From positions 343,898-407,897 of the forward strand of contig VMGC01000001.1 in NCBI GenBank assembly GCA_007376385.1: a stretch of 64,000 nt of DNA, in the 5' to 3' direction. The notes beneath the pieces were generated by a model. That model worked only from the letters and a program-made list of their open reading frames with translations, was not told the origin of the DNA and searched no databases. Origin of the DNA: Parcubacteria group bacterium Gr01-1014_8 (GTDB lineage: Bacteria > Patescibacteriota > Minisyncoccia > Phycocordibacterales > UBA2100). Position numbers and translations under genes: made by a program. Below are positions 53,843 to 62,294 of the stretch, one piece after another; the stretch's first letter is position 1; each line of letters starts with the position of its first letter.

Positions 53843-55663
53843 ATGAAGATCTCTCGCGAATGGCTGCAGACTTTCTTTGATGCTCCGCTGCCGGATGTGC
53901 ATGAACTTTCTCGCGCGCTCACATTCCACGCTTTCGAGATTGAAAGCGTGGAAGCCCATGGCGGCGACTCTGTGCTTGATGTGAAGGTGACGCCGAATCG
54001 GGGACACGATTGTCTTTCGCATCGCGGGATTGCGAAGGAAATTTCGGCGATCTTGAATATCCCTCTAAAAAATGACCGACATACGATGTCGAACATTTTA
54101 GAGCGGAAAACGGACGCGGTGAAGGTTTCCATCGAAGAGCCAGGGCTGTGTGCGAGGTACGTTGCAGGATATATTAAGGGTGTGAAGGTAGGATTTTCTC
54201 CCGATTGGCTTAAAAAGCGGCTTCATGCGATGGGGCAGCAAAGCATTAATAATGTCGTGGATGCAACGAACTTTGTCATGTTCAACATTGGTCAGCCACT
54301 CCATGCATTCGATGCAGGAAAACTCCGAGGTTTAACCTCGGATCCCGAGGTTAAACCTCGGTATGCAATAGAAGTACGGAAGGCGAGGAAAGGAGAGAAG
54401 ATGATCGCTCTCGATGAGAATGAGTACATTCTCAATGAATCGATGTTAGTGATCGGAGACAAATATGCCGATATATCGGTAGGTATTGCCGGAGTTAAGG
54501 GTGGGATGGCAAGCGGAATTGATGACACAACGGCCGACATTATCATCGAGTCAGCGAATTTTAATGGTGTTTCTGTACGTCGTACTGCACAGGCACTAAA
54601 GCTTCGAACCGATGCGTCGAGCCGGTTCGAGCAAGTGATATCACCGGAATTAGCAGCCTATGGCATGCGCGCAGCAATCGAACTCATCCTCAAGCTATCT
54701 GGAGGGGAACTGGTTGGATTTGCTGACGAATACCCCCGACCTCAAGAAAAAAAGAATGTTTCGGTCACATTGTCGCATATAAATCGTTTGCTTGGCACAG
54801 CGCGGAAGGCGAGCGAAGTTGAAGATGCACTGACGCGGTTGATGCTCCCCTTTGAAAAAAGTGGAGAAACTTATTCTGTTGCAGTTCCGTTTGAGCGGCT
54901 TGACATCACAATACCAGAGGATCTCATAGAGGAAGTTGGGCGTATTGTCGGATACGATAAAGTTGCAGCCGCAGAGCTGCCGGTATTCCCGAAGCCGGTG
55001 GAAGTCAATCAAGATTTTGCGGCGAGCGAACAGGTACGCGAAGATCTCATCGCGAAAGGATATTCAGAAGTGTACACGTCTGTTTTTGCGGGAGGTGGGG
55101 CACGACAGGTTTTAAATAAGGTTGGAGGTGGGAAATCTTATTTGCGCACGAATCTTAAGGACGGCCTGACCGACGTACTGGAGAGAAATATTCACAACAA
55201 AGACCTGTTGGGATTAAAAGAAGTGAAGCTTTTTGAGATAGGTACCGTGTGGCCTTCCGGTGGAGAGGAAGAAATTCTGGTCGGCACGATAAGTGAAAAA
55301 GAACAAGCGCAAGAGAAATCTCTTTCTCATTACGGAGCGAACGTGATGCCGGAAAATTTGCCTGTCTCGCAAACAGAACGTTACCAACCTTTCTCGCGGT
55401 TTCCTTCGATCACACGGGATATTGCGCTTTGGGTACCGAGCGGAGTGAAGCCCGAAGGTATCGAGTCCATGATCCGCAGCCATGCGGGGGAACTGTTGAT
55501 CCGTATTGATCTTTTCGATCAATTTGAAAAAGGCGGAAAAACATCATTTGCTTTCCGTCTCGTGTTCCAATCGTTCGACAAAACTCTGACCGACGACGAC
55601 GCAAATCACCGCATGGAAAGCATCTATAAAGCGCTCAGGACACAAGGGTACGAAATACGCTGA
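53843..55663 (+). CDS. pheT: Phenylalanine--tRNA ligase beta subunit (reduced form)
   Basis: 'MKISREWLQTFFDAPLPDVHELSRALTFHAFEIESVE' B3/4-like start. B5 and C-terminal anticodon-binding-like regions. 606 aa. Confidence 0.85.
   Translation: MKISREWLQTFFDAPLPDVHELSRALTFHAFEIESVEAHGGDSVLDVKVTPNRGHDCLSHRGIAKEISAILNIPLKNDRHTMSNILERKTDAVKVSIEEPGLCARYVAGYIKGVKVGFSPDWLKKRLHAMGQQSINNVVDATNFVMFNIGQPLHAFDAGKLRGLTSDPEVKPRYAIEVRKARKGEKMIALDENEYILNESMLVIGDKYADISVGIAGVKGGMASGIDDTTADIIIESANFNGVSVRRTAQALKLRTDASSRFEQVISPELAAYGMRAAIELILKLSGGELVGFADEYPRPQEKKNVSVTLSHINRLLGTARKASEVEDALTRLMLPFEKSGETYSVAVPFERLDITIPEDLIEEVGRIVGYDKVAAAELPVFPKPVEVNQDFAASEQVREDLIAKGYSEVYTSVFAGGGARQVLNKVGGGKSYLRTNLKDGLTDVLERNIHNKDLLGLKEVKLFEIGTVWPSGGEEEILVGTISEKEQAQEKSLSHYGANVMPENLPVSQTERYQPFSRFPSITRDIALWVPSGVKPEGIESMIRSHAGELLIRIDLFDQFEKGGKTSFAFRLVFQSFDKTLTDDDANHRMESIYKALRTQGYEIR
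54325..54361. repeat. Two adjacent near-identical perfect palindromes (ccgaggtttaacctcgg gatc ccgaggttaaacctcgg) embedded in-frame in pheT (encoding LRGLTSDPEVKPR)
   Basis: Direct reading of 54321-54362. Confidence 0.7.
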
Positions 55664-55770
55664 AAAATGGCTCAAATAAGCCAACTTTTCCACTGTTTAC
55701 TGCTTACGGAATAAGCATTTTTCTGCTATACTCTCGGGGAGCGCGATGGAGCGTTTTTTCATTGAATATC

Positions 55771-57840
55771 ATGGCAGAAACTAAGGAAAAAAAGGGTGCG
55801 TATGGGGCAGCACAAATAACCGTTCTTGAAGGACTGGAGGCAGTTCGCCGCCGTCCTGGAATGTACATAGGGACGACAAGTTCGACCGGCCTGCATCATC
55901 TGATATGGGAAGTCTTTGATAACTCGCGTGACGAAGCAATGGGCGGCTTCGCGAATGATATTGAAGTAGCGCTCTTGCCCGATGGTTCGGTCCGGGTTGC
56001 CGACAACGGCCGAGGAATACCAGTTGATATTCATCCGAAGACGAAAGTCTCGGCACTTGAGACGGTGATGACTGTTCTTCATGCGGGGGGTAAGTTCGGC
56101 GGAGAGGGCTACAAAGTTTCCGGCGGGCTCCATGGCGTCGGCGTGTCCGTCGTGAACGCGCTTTCGGTGAGCGTGCGTGCTGAAGTGCATCGGGAAGGAG
56201 GCAAATTCGAGCAAATGTACAAAAACGGAGGCAAGCCGGTTGGGAAAACAAAGAAGATCGCATCCTCAAAATTGCACGGCACCATCATTTCATTCATTCC
56301 GGACCCGACGATCTTTCCGGACCGTACGTTTAATTGGGATACGATAGTTTCGCACCTGCGTCAGCAGGCCTATCTCGTACGGGGACTTCGAATTTCGATA
56401 CTCGATTTTCGCGGCATGAAGGATGTCGACCTGCCCGCGCGTAGCGCGCAGGCGGGCGACGTGGGAGTGTTTTATATGCGGGAACTAGGGATAGATGCTC
56501 CTTCAACGTCATTTTATTTCGAAGGGGGCCTTCGTTCGCTCGTTGAGTTTCAAAACAGACACCTCGAATCCGTACACAAAACGACATTTTATGTTGAGAA
56601 AGAGCAAGACGGCGTACAGGTAGAAGTTGCTCTGCAATATGTGGACGATATTACGTCCCGTATCTCCGCGTTTGCGAACAATATTTATAACAGCGAGGGA
56701 GGCATGCACATCACTGGTTTCAAGACCGCGCTTACGCGTACGCTTAATGCCGCGAGCAAGGGAAATGGGAATGGAAAAGAGGGCGAATCATTTACCGGTG
56801 AGGATGTCCTTGAAGGCCTGACGGCGGTTGTCTCTGTGAAGATGAGAGAAGTCCAATTCGAAGGTCAGACGAAATCGAAGCTTGGTTCCGTCGAAGCCCG
56901 TGGAGCAGTTGAAACTGTATTCGGTGAATCGTTTGCAGCATTTCTTGAGGAGCACCCAGACGACGCTCGCAGCATCATCGGTAAGGCAGCTCTTGCAATG
57001 AAAGCGAGAAAAGCCGCCAAAGCCGCCAAAGACTCAGTCCTACGAAAGGGCGCACTGGAGGGCCTCTCTCTACCGGGGAAATTGGCGGACTGCCAAGTCC
57101 GTAATCCTGAAGAGGCAGAACTATTCATTGTAGAGGGAGATTCTGCGGGGGGTACTGCAAAGATGGGTCGCGACAGGCGTACACAGGCGATATTGCCGCT
57201 TCGCGGGAAGATACTGAATGTGGAGCGGGCGCGGTTGGATAAGATGCTATCGTCCGAACAAATAAAGAATCTTGTTATCGCGATGGGAACCGCGATAGGA
57301 GACGTATTTGATATAACGAAACTTCGCTATCACAAGATAATCATCGCAACCGATGCGGACGTCGACGGCGCACACATCCGCACGCTTCTTCTCACAGTGT
57401 TGTATCGACACTTCCGTGCCATCGTTGATGGCGGTTATTTGTACATCGCTCAACCGCCGCTCTTTAAAATAAAGAAAGGAAAGGAAATATCATACGCATA
57501 TTCGGAAGACGAGAAAATAAAGTTGGCAGGCAAGGATGTTCCACTTGAGGAAGAAGGCCAGATGGAAGAAGAAACCGCGGCAGACGAGGAAGGAGTTACT
57601 CCCGCGAAGGCTACAAGGAAACAAAAGATGTCAGTTCAACGTTACAAAGGTCTGGGTGAGATGAATGCGGAAGAGTTGTGGGAGACGACAATGGATCCAG
57701 CGAGGCGAATATTGAAGCAGGTAGCAATCGAGGATGCGCAGGAGGCTGACCGCACATTCGACATTCTCATGGGCACCGATGTTGCGTCTCGCAAGTCTTT
57801 TATTCAGTCTCATGCCAAGGAGGCGACGCTCGATATATGA
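55771..57840 (+). CDS. gyrB: DNA gyrase subunit B (type IIA topoisomerase B subunit; gyrB versus parE not distinguishable by eye)
   Basis: GHKL ATPase 'GLHHLIWEVFDNSRDEAMGG', 'GGLHGVGVSVVNALS'. Toprim 'EGDSAGGTAK', 'IIIATDADVDGAHI'. About 690 aa. Confidence 0.9.
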   Translation: MAETKEKKGAYGAAQITVLEGLEAVRRRPGMYIGTTSSTGLHHLIWEVFDNSRDEAMGGFANDIEVALLPDGSVRVADNGRGIPVDIHPKTKVSALETVMTVLHAGGKFGGEGYKVSGGLHGVGVSVVNALSVSVRAEVHREGGKFEQMYKNGGKPVGKTKKIASSKLHGTIISFIPDPTIFPDRTFNWDTIVSHLRQQAYLVRGLRISILDFRGMKDVDLPARSAQAGDVGVFYMRELGIDAPSTSFYFEGGLRSLVEFQNRHLESVHKTTFYVEKEQDGVQVEVALQYVDDITSRISAFANNIYNSEGGMHITGFKTALTRTLNAASKGNGNGKEGESFTGEDVLEGLTAVVSVKMREVQFEGQTKSKLGSVEARGAVETVFGESFAAFLEEHPDDARSIIGKAALAMKARKAAKAAKDSVLRKGALEGLSLPGKLADCQVRNPEEAELFIVEGDSAGGTAKMGRDRRTQAILPLRGKILNVERARLDKMLSSEQIKNLVIAMGTAIGDVFDITKLRYHKIIIATDADVDGAHIRTLLLTVLYRHFRAIVDGGYLYIAQPPLFKIKKGKEISYAYSEDEKIKLAGKDVPLEEEGQMEEETAADEEGVTPAKATRKQKMSVQRYKGLGEMNAEELWETTMDPARRILKQVAIEDAQEADRTFDILMGTDVASRKSFIQSHAKEATLDI

Positions 57841-57895
57841 TCGCGAGCGATACGTAAAGCCAGGAGCAAGAAATTTCTTCTGCGGAATGTTGGGA

Positions 57896-58897
57896 TCAGT
57901 ACTGGTATGGGTAGTACGAGCCTTGGTATGGCGATGGATAGTATCCGAACCCGCCGTTTATCCATTGTGATGCTCTGTTGTTACTTTCGTTTGTTTCCGC
58001 GACGGAATTGTACGGGTCAACGGATACGGAGAATGTGCCGCCGCCTGGTGTTACTCGGTTGAATCGAAGCGTATTCTCGATGTGGTCGCCCTTTCCGAGG
58101 CTTCTCTGTTGTGGCGATGTGTACGGAGTGAGTGGGGACGTTGGCAATTCAGCAGTGAAGTACCACGCGCCCGATGGACCGCCAAGGTTCGCTATGTCGA
58201 ATTTCACTGCGACCACTTCGTTGTCGGATGATGGTGCTCGATTTACGAACATTCCGCTGTATTGGTCTATCACACCTACTGCAATGATGCGGACAACGAG
58301 GTCAGGTTTTCCTTGTGATACTGCCGGCTGTGTTGGGGTTACTACGGGAGTAGAGGTTGCAGTCCCCGCAGCTGCGGGAGTGATCGTGACCGTTGCATTT
58401 CCTTGTGCTCTAACCGAAGCAGCCTGTGTCGACGTGCTGGTTGTTGTCGCCTGCTGGAAGATGACCGAAATCTGCACATCAACAGGCGAAGTGCCGGTGA
58501 GAACCGGAACAAGCTTCACGTTCTTTGCATTCGAGTCGCCGACTACCTGTGCAGAGCCGCAGGGAAGCGCACTGACGACGCCAGCGGCATTAATAGCGCG
58601 GAATTGGAAACCGTCGCGGCATTGATACAAAAGTGCAAAACTGCCGCTTCCTGTACCTGTCGGAATTGTGTATTTCCATGACAAATCGAGCGGCTGCCCT
58701 GATGCAACGCTCCGCTGGGAGAGTGTTATTTGGATGGTGCCGGTTGAGCTTCGGTTGAAGAGGGAAGAGAAACCAGATGATGCGATGTTCAAAAAGTGAA
58801 ATGCGCCCCACACCACAATGGCGATGAGGATGATGAACCCAGCGACGGCTAGGATATTCGAGATAAGACCTGCGCGCTGCGGTGAGTGTTCTGACAT
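57896..58897 (-). CDS. Membrane-anchored surface protein with a C-terminal CARDB-like domain
   Basis: N-terminal TM 'LISNILAVAGFIILIAIVVWGAF'. Thr/Ser/Ala-rich linker. C-terminal 'DLVVRIIAVGV…NLGGPSGAWYFTAEL…VDPYNSVAETNESNN' CARDB-like pattern. Confidence 0.5.
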   Translation of the reverse strand: MSEHSPQRAGLISNILAVAGFIILIAIVVWGAFHFLNIASSGFSSLFNRSSTGTIQITLSQRSVASGQPLDLSWKYTIPTGTGSGSFALLYQCRDGFQFRAINAAGVVSALPCGSAQVVGDSNAKNVKLVPVLTGTSPVDVQISVIFQQATTTSTSTQAASVRAQGNATVTITPAAAGTATSTPVVTPTQPAVSQGKPDLVVRIIAVGVIDQYSGMFVNRAPSSDNEVVAVKFDIANLGGPSGAWYFTAELPTSPLTPYTSPQQRSLGKGDHIENTLRFNRVTPGGGTFSVSVDPYNSVAETNESNNRASQWINGGFGYYPSPYQGSYYPYQY

Positions 58898-58994
58898 ATG
58901 GGAAATGAGTAATTATTATTGCAAAACTGTGGTACTAATAGCCCGTTTCCCTTGAGGCACGACATTTGTACCACATCGGAATCAGTTTGACAAG

Positions 58995-59693
58995 TTGACA
59001 AAAGTGATGTATTATAGCGACATTATGCCTCAGTACTCACACGACATAGGCACAAAAAAGGCTCCGAAATCGGTTTTTGTCGCCGCATCGGTGATGCTTT
59101 TCTTTCTGTCGCTGTCTGCTGCCGATTCTATCGGATTTGTTCCGTACTACGTCGATGGTTCAACGCCGCGTGAGAATGTTGCGCTCTCGAATCTACCGGA
59201 ACTTGGAGAGGAATTTACCGAGCCTATAGCTCAAGACGAAACGACTCCACTCCAAAAGGGAGTCGAACCTTCGCATATTTCCATTCCAAAAATAAATCTT
59301 GATCTTCCGGTCTCGAACCCCAGCACACGCGATGTCGAGGCGCTGGACGCGATATTGAAGTCCGGTCCTGCACGGCACGTTGATTCGGCTCTTCTCGGAG
59401 AGAAAGGAAATGTGCTCATTTTTGGCCACAGCTCTCACTTGCCGGTCGTTCACAACCAAATGTACAAAGCATTCAATCGCGTGCCGGAACTTACCTCTGG
59501 GGACATAGTTACCATCACTGCGGGTGGCAAGGACTATATTTACAGTGTTACATCGCTCCGCCGAGCAGATGCGAACGAAGAGTTGATAGACGTCTCACGA
59601 ACAGGTAACCGACTCACGCTTGTTACCTGCGACACGCTCACATCAAAAAGTACCCGCTGGGTATTGGAGGCGGAGTTGATAGGGACGTACTAA
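58995..59693 (+). CDS. Sortase-family transpeptidase
   Basis: N-terminal TM. 'LIFGHSSHL' His. 'RLTLVTCDT' TLxTC Cys motif. Arg 'WVLEAEL' region. Confidence 0.75.
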   Translation: MTKVMYYSDIMPQYSHDIGTKKAPKSVFVAASVMLFFLSLSAADSIGFVPYYVDGSTPRENVALSNLPELGEEFTEPIAQDETTPLQKGVEPSHISIPKINLDLPVSNPSTRDVEALDAILKSGPARHVDSALLGEKGNVLIFGHSSHLPVVHNQMYKAFNRVPELTSGDIVTITAGGKDYIYSVTSLRRADANEELIDVSRTGNRLTLVTCDTLTSKSTRWVLEAELIGTY

Positions 59694-59714
59694 GTCAGTC
59701 GGATATTTCGGCGT

Positions 59715-60359
59715 CTATGCGTCAACTTCTGGTCCGCGCCTTGGAAACTGACGAGGCGCCGCTTTTGGTGCAAATTCAGGAGGTCTGGGCGCCGCTCTTG
59801 GCGCAGATTCAGGTGCCTTCGGTTCGGCATTAGGTGTCTTAGGTGCAGGTCTAGCTGCTCCTTCGGGCAAATTAAAATTCATCCATCCGATGCATTTTCT
59901 GCCGCTATCATCAGTTGTGATGAAGGTAGCAAATGTAGTTTTTTGCGTTACTTTCGTCATCGATACATCGATCTGTTTGACCGCTTTAAGGGCTGGGAAT
60001 GCTTGCCAAATCCTTCTTTCTGTAAGTGCTGGTACAAGTTTTCTCGCGGGCGAGCCTGGAGCATCCATCTCAGCAAGCTTCAGCAAATTTCTCACCGGCG
60101 TCTTACTGGAATCAGTTTGCTTTTTTTCCCAGTCCCAAATGCATTTCACCACATCGCGCAGTTCCTTAAGGTGTTCATGACCTGGTGGCAGTGACTGAGC
60201 TTCAGCTTCGTTAACGGCATAGCCGTCGAGGGCTAATGCGCCGGCGGTCAAACCGACGCCTCCTAACACTCGGGCACCAGCTGCCACAACTCCGAGCCCT
60301 GCCAGTTTCGTAAATGCCCTTCGAGACATCTCACCGAATCCGCCTTGATTTTCAGTCAT
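59715..60359 (-). CDS. Secreted protein with a twin-arginine (Tat) signal and a Pro/Ala-rich C-terminus, unknown function
   Basis: 'SRRAFTKLAGLGVVAAGARV' matches S/T-R-R-x-F-L-K plus an h-region. C-terminal 'PKTPNAEPKAPESAPRAAPRPPEFAPKAAPRQ'. Confidence 0.5.
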   Translation of the reverse strand: MTENQGGFGEMSRRAFTKLAGLGVVAAGARVLGGVGLTAGALALDGYAVNEAEAQSLPPGHEHLKELRDVVKCIWDWEKKQTDSSKTPVRNLLKLAEMDAPGSPARKLVPALTERRIWQAFPALKAVKQIDVSMTKVTQKTTFATFITTDDSGRKCIGWMNFNLPEGAARPAPKTPNAEPKAPESAPRAAPRPPEFAPKAAPRQFPRRGPEVDA

Positions 60360-60486
60360 AAAATCAGATATATCTAATCAGTAACACGTTAAGCGTATGC
60401 GGAAGAAGGTTCAGTCGCAAGGGGTTGACAAGGATATCTTTTATGATAAAATGTCGCGGTTAATATAACACCATAGTTTCATCGTT

Positions 60487-61698
60487 ATGTACAGTCATTA
60501 TCGAGACGGTGTCGTGCGAGCGTTGACGGTTTCGTTGTTTGTAATTGCGGTTGTCCTCACTGCTACTGCAGCTTTTGCCGTTGTTGCTCCGCAAGGCATT
60601 GCGTTTGCGGAAGAGTCCGAACCCGACTGGGGTTCATGGGGCGGTGATTGTTGCACAGACGCTCCGTACTCCGAACCAGATTGGGGTTCATGGGGCGGTG
60701 ATTGTTGCACAGACGCTCCGTACTCCGAACCAGATTGGGGTTCATGGGGCGGTGAATGCTACGACTGCGGCTACGATCCGAACGGCAACCCTGATGATGG
60801 TTGTTACTACGACTGTGGTTACGATCCGAACGGAAATCCCGTAGATGATGGCTGTTACGATTACTACTGCGGTGACGATGATGGTTGTGACTACTACTGC
60901 GGTGATGATGATTACTGCTGCGATGATTACGATGATGATTTTGGAGACGATGTCTTCTGTGATGACTACTGTGATGATGAGTTCTACGACGAGTATGAAG
61001 AGGGGACTTCGTTCCGCGACTCAAGCGGCGCACGTTACTCGTTCTCTGCTCCGTCATTCCGTTCTTCTCCGACGTCCTACAGCGCACCGATCCAAGTCTC
61101 GAATAGACCGGCTCCTAGCTACCCGAGCTATCCAAGTTACCCAAGCAATCCGAGTCGCCCGAGTCAGACTGTTCACTTCCCATCTTCGACGAACATCACG
61201 AACATCGACAACTCGATAAACGATAGCTTCAATACTTACAACAGCTACAACACGGCTATCGCACAATCAACAACGGGTGGTGCTGCGGTTGCTGCGGTAA
61301 CTCCGGGACACACGGTTGCGTACGTCCTTCCGACCTACTCGTACACAGCGCCGACGTACACCTATACTGCGCCTGTGGTTCGAGCAACTCCTGCATACGT
61401 GGCACTCTCGCAGATACCGTACACAGGCTTCGACCTCGGCCCAGTTGGCAATGCTATCTACTGGATGTCGCTTCTCAGCTTTGCAGTTGCCGGAGCGTAC
61501 CTCTTGGTCTACTACAATGGAGGCGCACTCGCCCTGGCCGGGCAGGCATTCGCAGGGATGAAGAGTTCGCGAAAGGAAGGGGAGTACACACTTCCTGAAC
61601 TTCCGGTCGCTCCTGTAGTGAAAAAAGAAATTGCGTCCAACACAAAGGATACGATGAAATTCACTGAAAAGGGGATTGTTATCGACCGAAACTTCTAA
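60487..61698 (+). CDS. Membrane-anchored, extremely acidic Cys/Asp/Tyr-rich repeat protein, (EPDWGSWGGDCCTDAPYS)x3 followed by (CYDCGYDPNGNPxDDGCY)x2 and (DYYCGDDDxC)x2, then a PS(Y/N)PS-rich region and a hydrophobic segment near the C-terminus
   Basis: N-terminal TM 'LTVSLFVIAVVLTATAAFAVVA'. Perfect 54-nt tandem repeats at 60619-60762. The segment 'CYDCGYDPNG…CDDYCDDEFYDEYEE' is ~50% Asp/Cys/Tyr. Later 'YWMSLLSFAVAGAYLLVYY' TM. Confidence 0.7.
   Translation: MYSHYRDGVVRALTVSLFVIAVVLTATAAFAVVAPQGIAFAEESEPDWGSWGGDCCTDAPYSEPDWGSWGGDCCTDAPYSEPDWGSWGGECYDCGYDPNGNPDDGCYYDCGYDPNGNPVDDGCYDYYCGDDDGCDYYCGDDDYCCDDYDDDFGDDVFCDDYCDDEFYDEYEEGTSFRDSSGARYSFSAPSFRSSPTSYSAPIQVSNRPAPSYPSYPSYPSNPSRPSQTVHFPSSTNITNIDNSINDSFNTYNSYNTAIAQSTTGGAAVAAVTPGHTVAYVLPTYSYTAPTYTYTAPVVRATPAYVALSQIPYTGFDLGPVGNAIYWMSLLSFAVAGAYLLVYYNGGALALAGQAFAGMKSSRKEGEYTLPELPVAPVVKKEIASNTKDTMKFTEKGIVIDRNF
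60619..60762 (+). repeat. 54-nt coding tandem repeat (2 perfect copies plus 1 variant) followed by degenerate 42-48-nt repeats up to about 60920
   Basis: gaacc(a/c)ga(t/c)tggggttcatggggcggtgattgttgcacagacgctccgtactcc repeated in tandem. Confidence 0.85.
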
Positions 61699-61739
61699 GT
61701 CCGTCGCTCCCCTTGAAATGGAGTTCCAAAGTGAAAGCA

Positions 61740-61772
61740 GTGCCGCGCCGCCCCGAAAGGGCGGCGCGGCAC
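61740..61772 (+). terminator. Very stable GC stem-loop (gtgccgcgccgccc-cgaaag-gggcggcgcggcac), GNRA-like loop, downstream of the acidic-protein gene. Candidate terminator or structured element.
   Basis: 14-bp perfect GC-rich stem. Followed by caagaaaaag rather than a U-tract, so intrinsic-terminator assignment is tentative. Confidence 0.35.
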
Positions 61773-61938
61773 CAAGAAAAAGATTGACTGTTGTTCTTTG
61801 AGATCGTAAAAGGTTCTATACTTTGGCAAGTATTGTTGTCTGGTATTTCCTTGCCTGGCCAATCGAACGTAACCATTTCGTTGTGTTTAGCTGGCTCCGC
61901 AAGGGGCGATTCCCTGCAACAACAGAAGGAATAGTGTC

Positions 61939-62235
61939 GTGAGAATCCAAATCCTCAAGGCGCTCGGTATGGCAGCTGCCGCACTAACGCTGTCCACTGC
62001 CCTGGGGCTGGCACAAAATGCCCCGTCAAAAGCCGCCGCTTTGGGTTGTGTTGACGGAACGGCCGTCGTAGATGTAGAGCCCAGTGGTCCGAAAGGATCC
62101 ATGGCGTGGGGGACGTGCCTTTGGGTGCGTTCTACCTGCCGTGAAGGTTACGGGCACTGCGTTTGCGCCGCGGCCAAACACAAGGGAGCACGACCCCGTT
62201 CTGGGGTTTGTGAGCCTCTTCCCGAAAGGAAGTGA
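61939..62235 (+). CDS. Small secreted Cys-rich protein (6 Cys), unknown
   Basis: Signal peptide 'ILKALGMAAAALTLSTALGLAQNA'. Mature ~70 aa with C-x…C-x…C-x5-C-x-C pattern. Confidence 0.35.
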   Translation: MRIQILKALGMAAAALTLSTALGLAQNAPSKAAALGCVDGTAVVDVEPSGPKGSMAWGTCLWVRSTCREGYGHCVCAAAKHKGARPRSGVCEPLPERK

Positions 62236-62294
62236 CGGTGACTGTCTCTGGGGGGCGCATTCCCGCTCCCCAGCGGCATTTTTTCAGATAGGGT

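Noticed and set aside
59715-60359. Alternative plus-strand ORFs 59890..60180 and 59943..60194
   Set aside because: They are short and antisense to an ORF with a convincing Tat signal and coherent composition.
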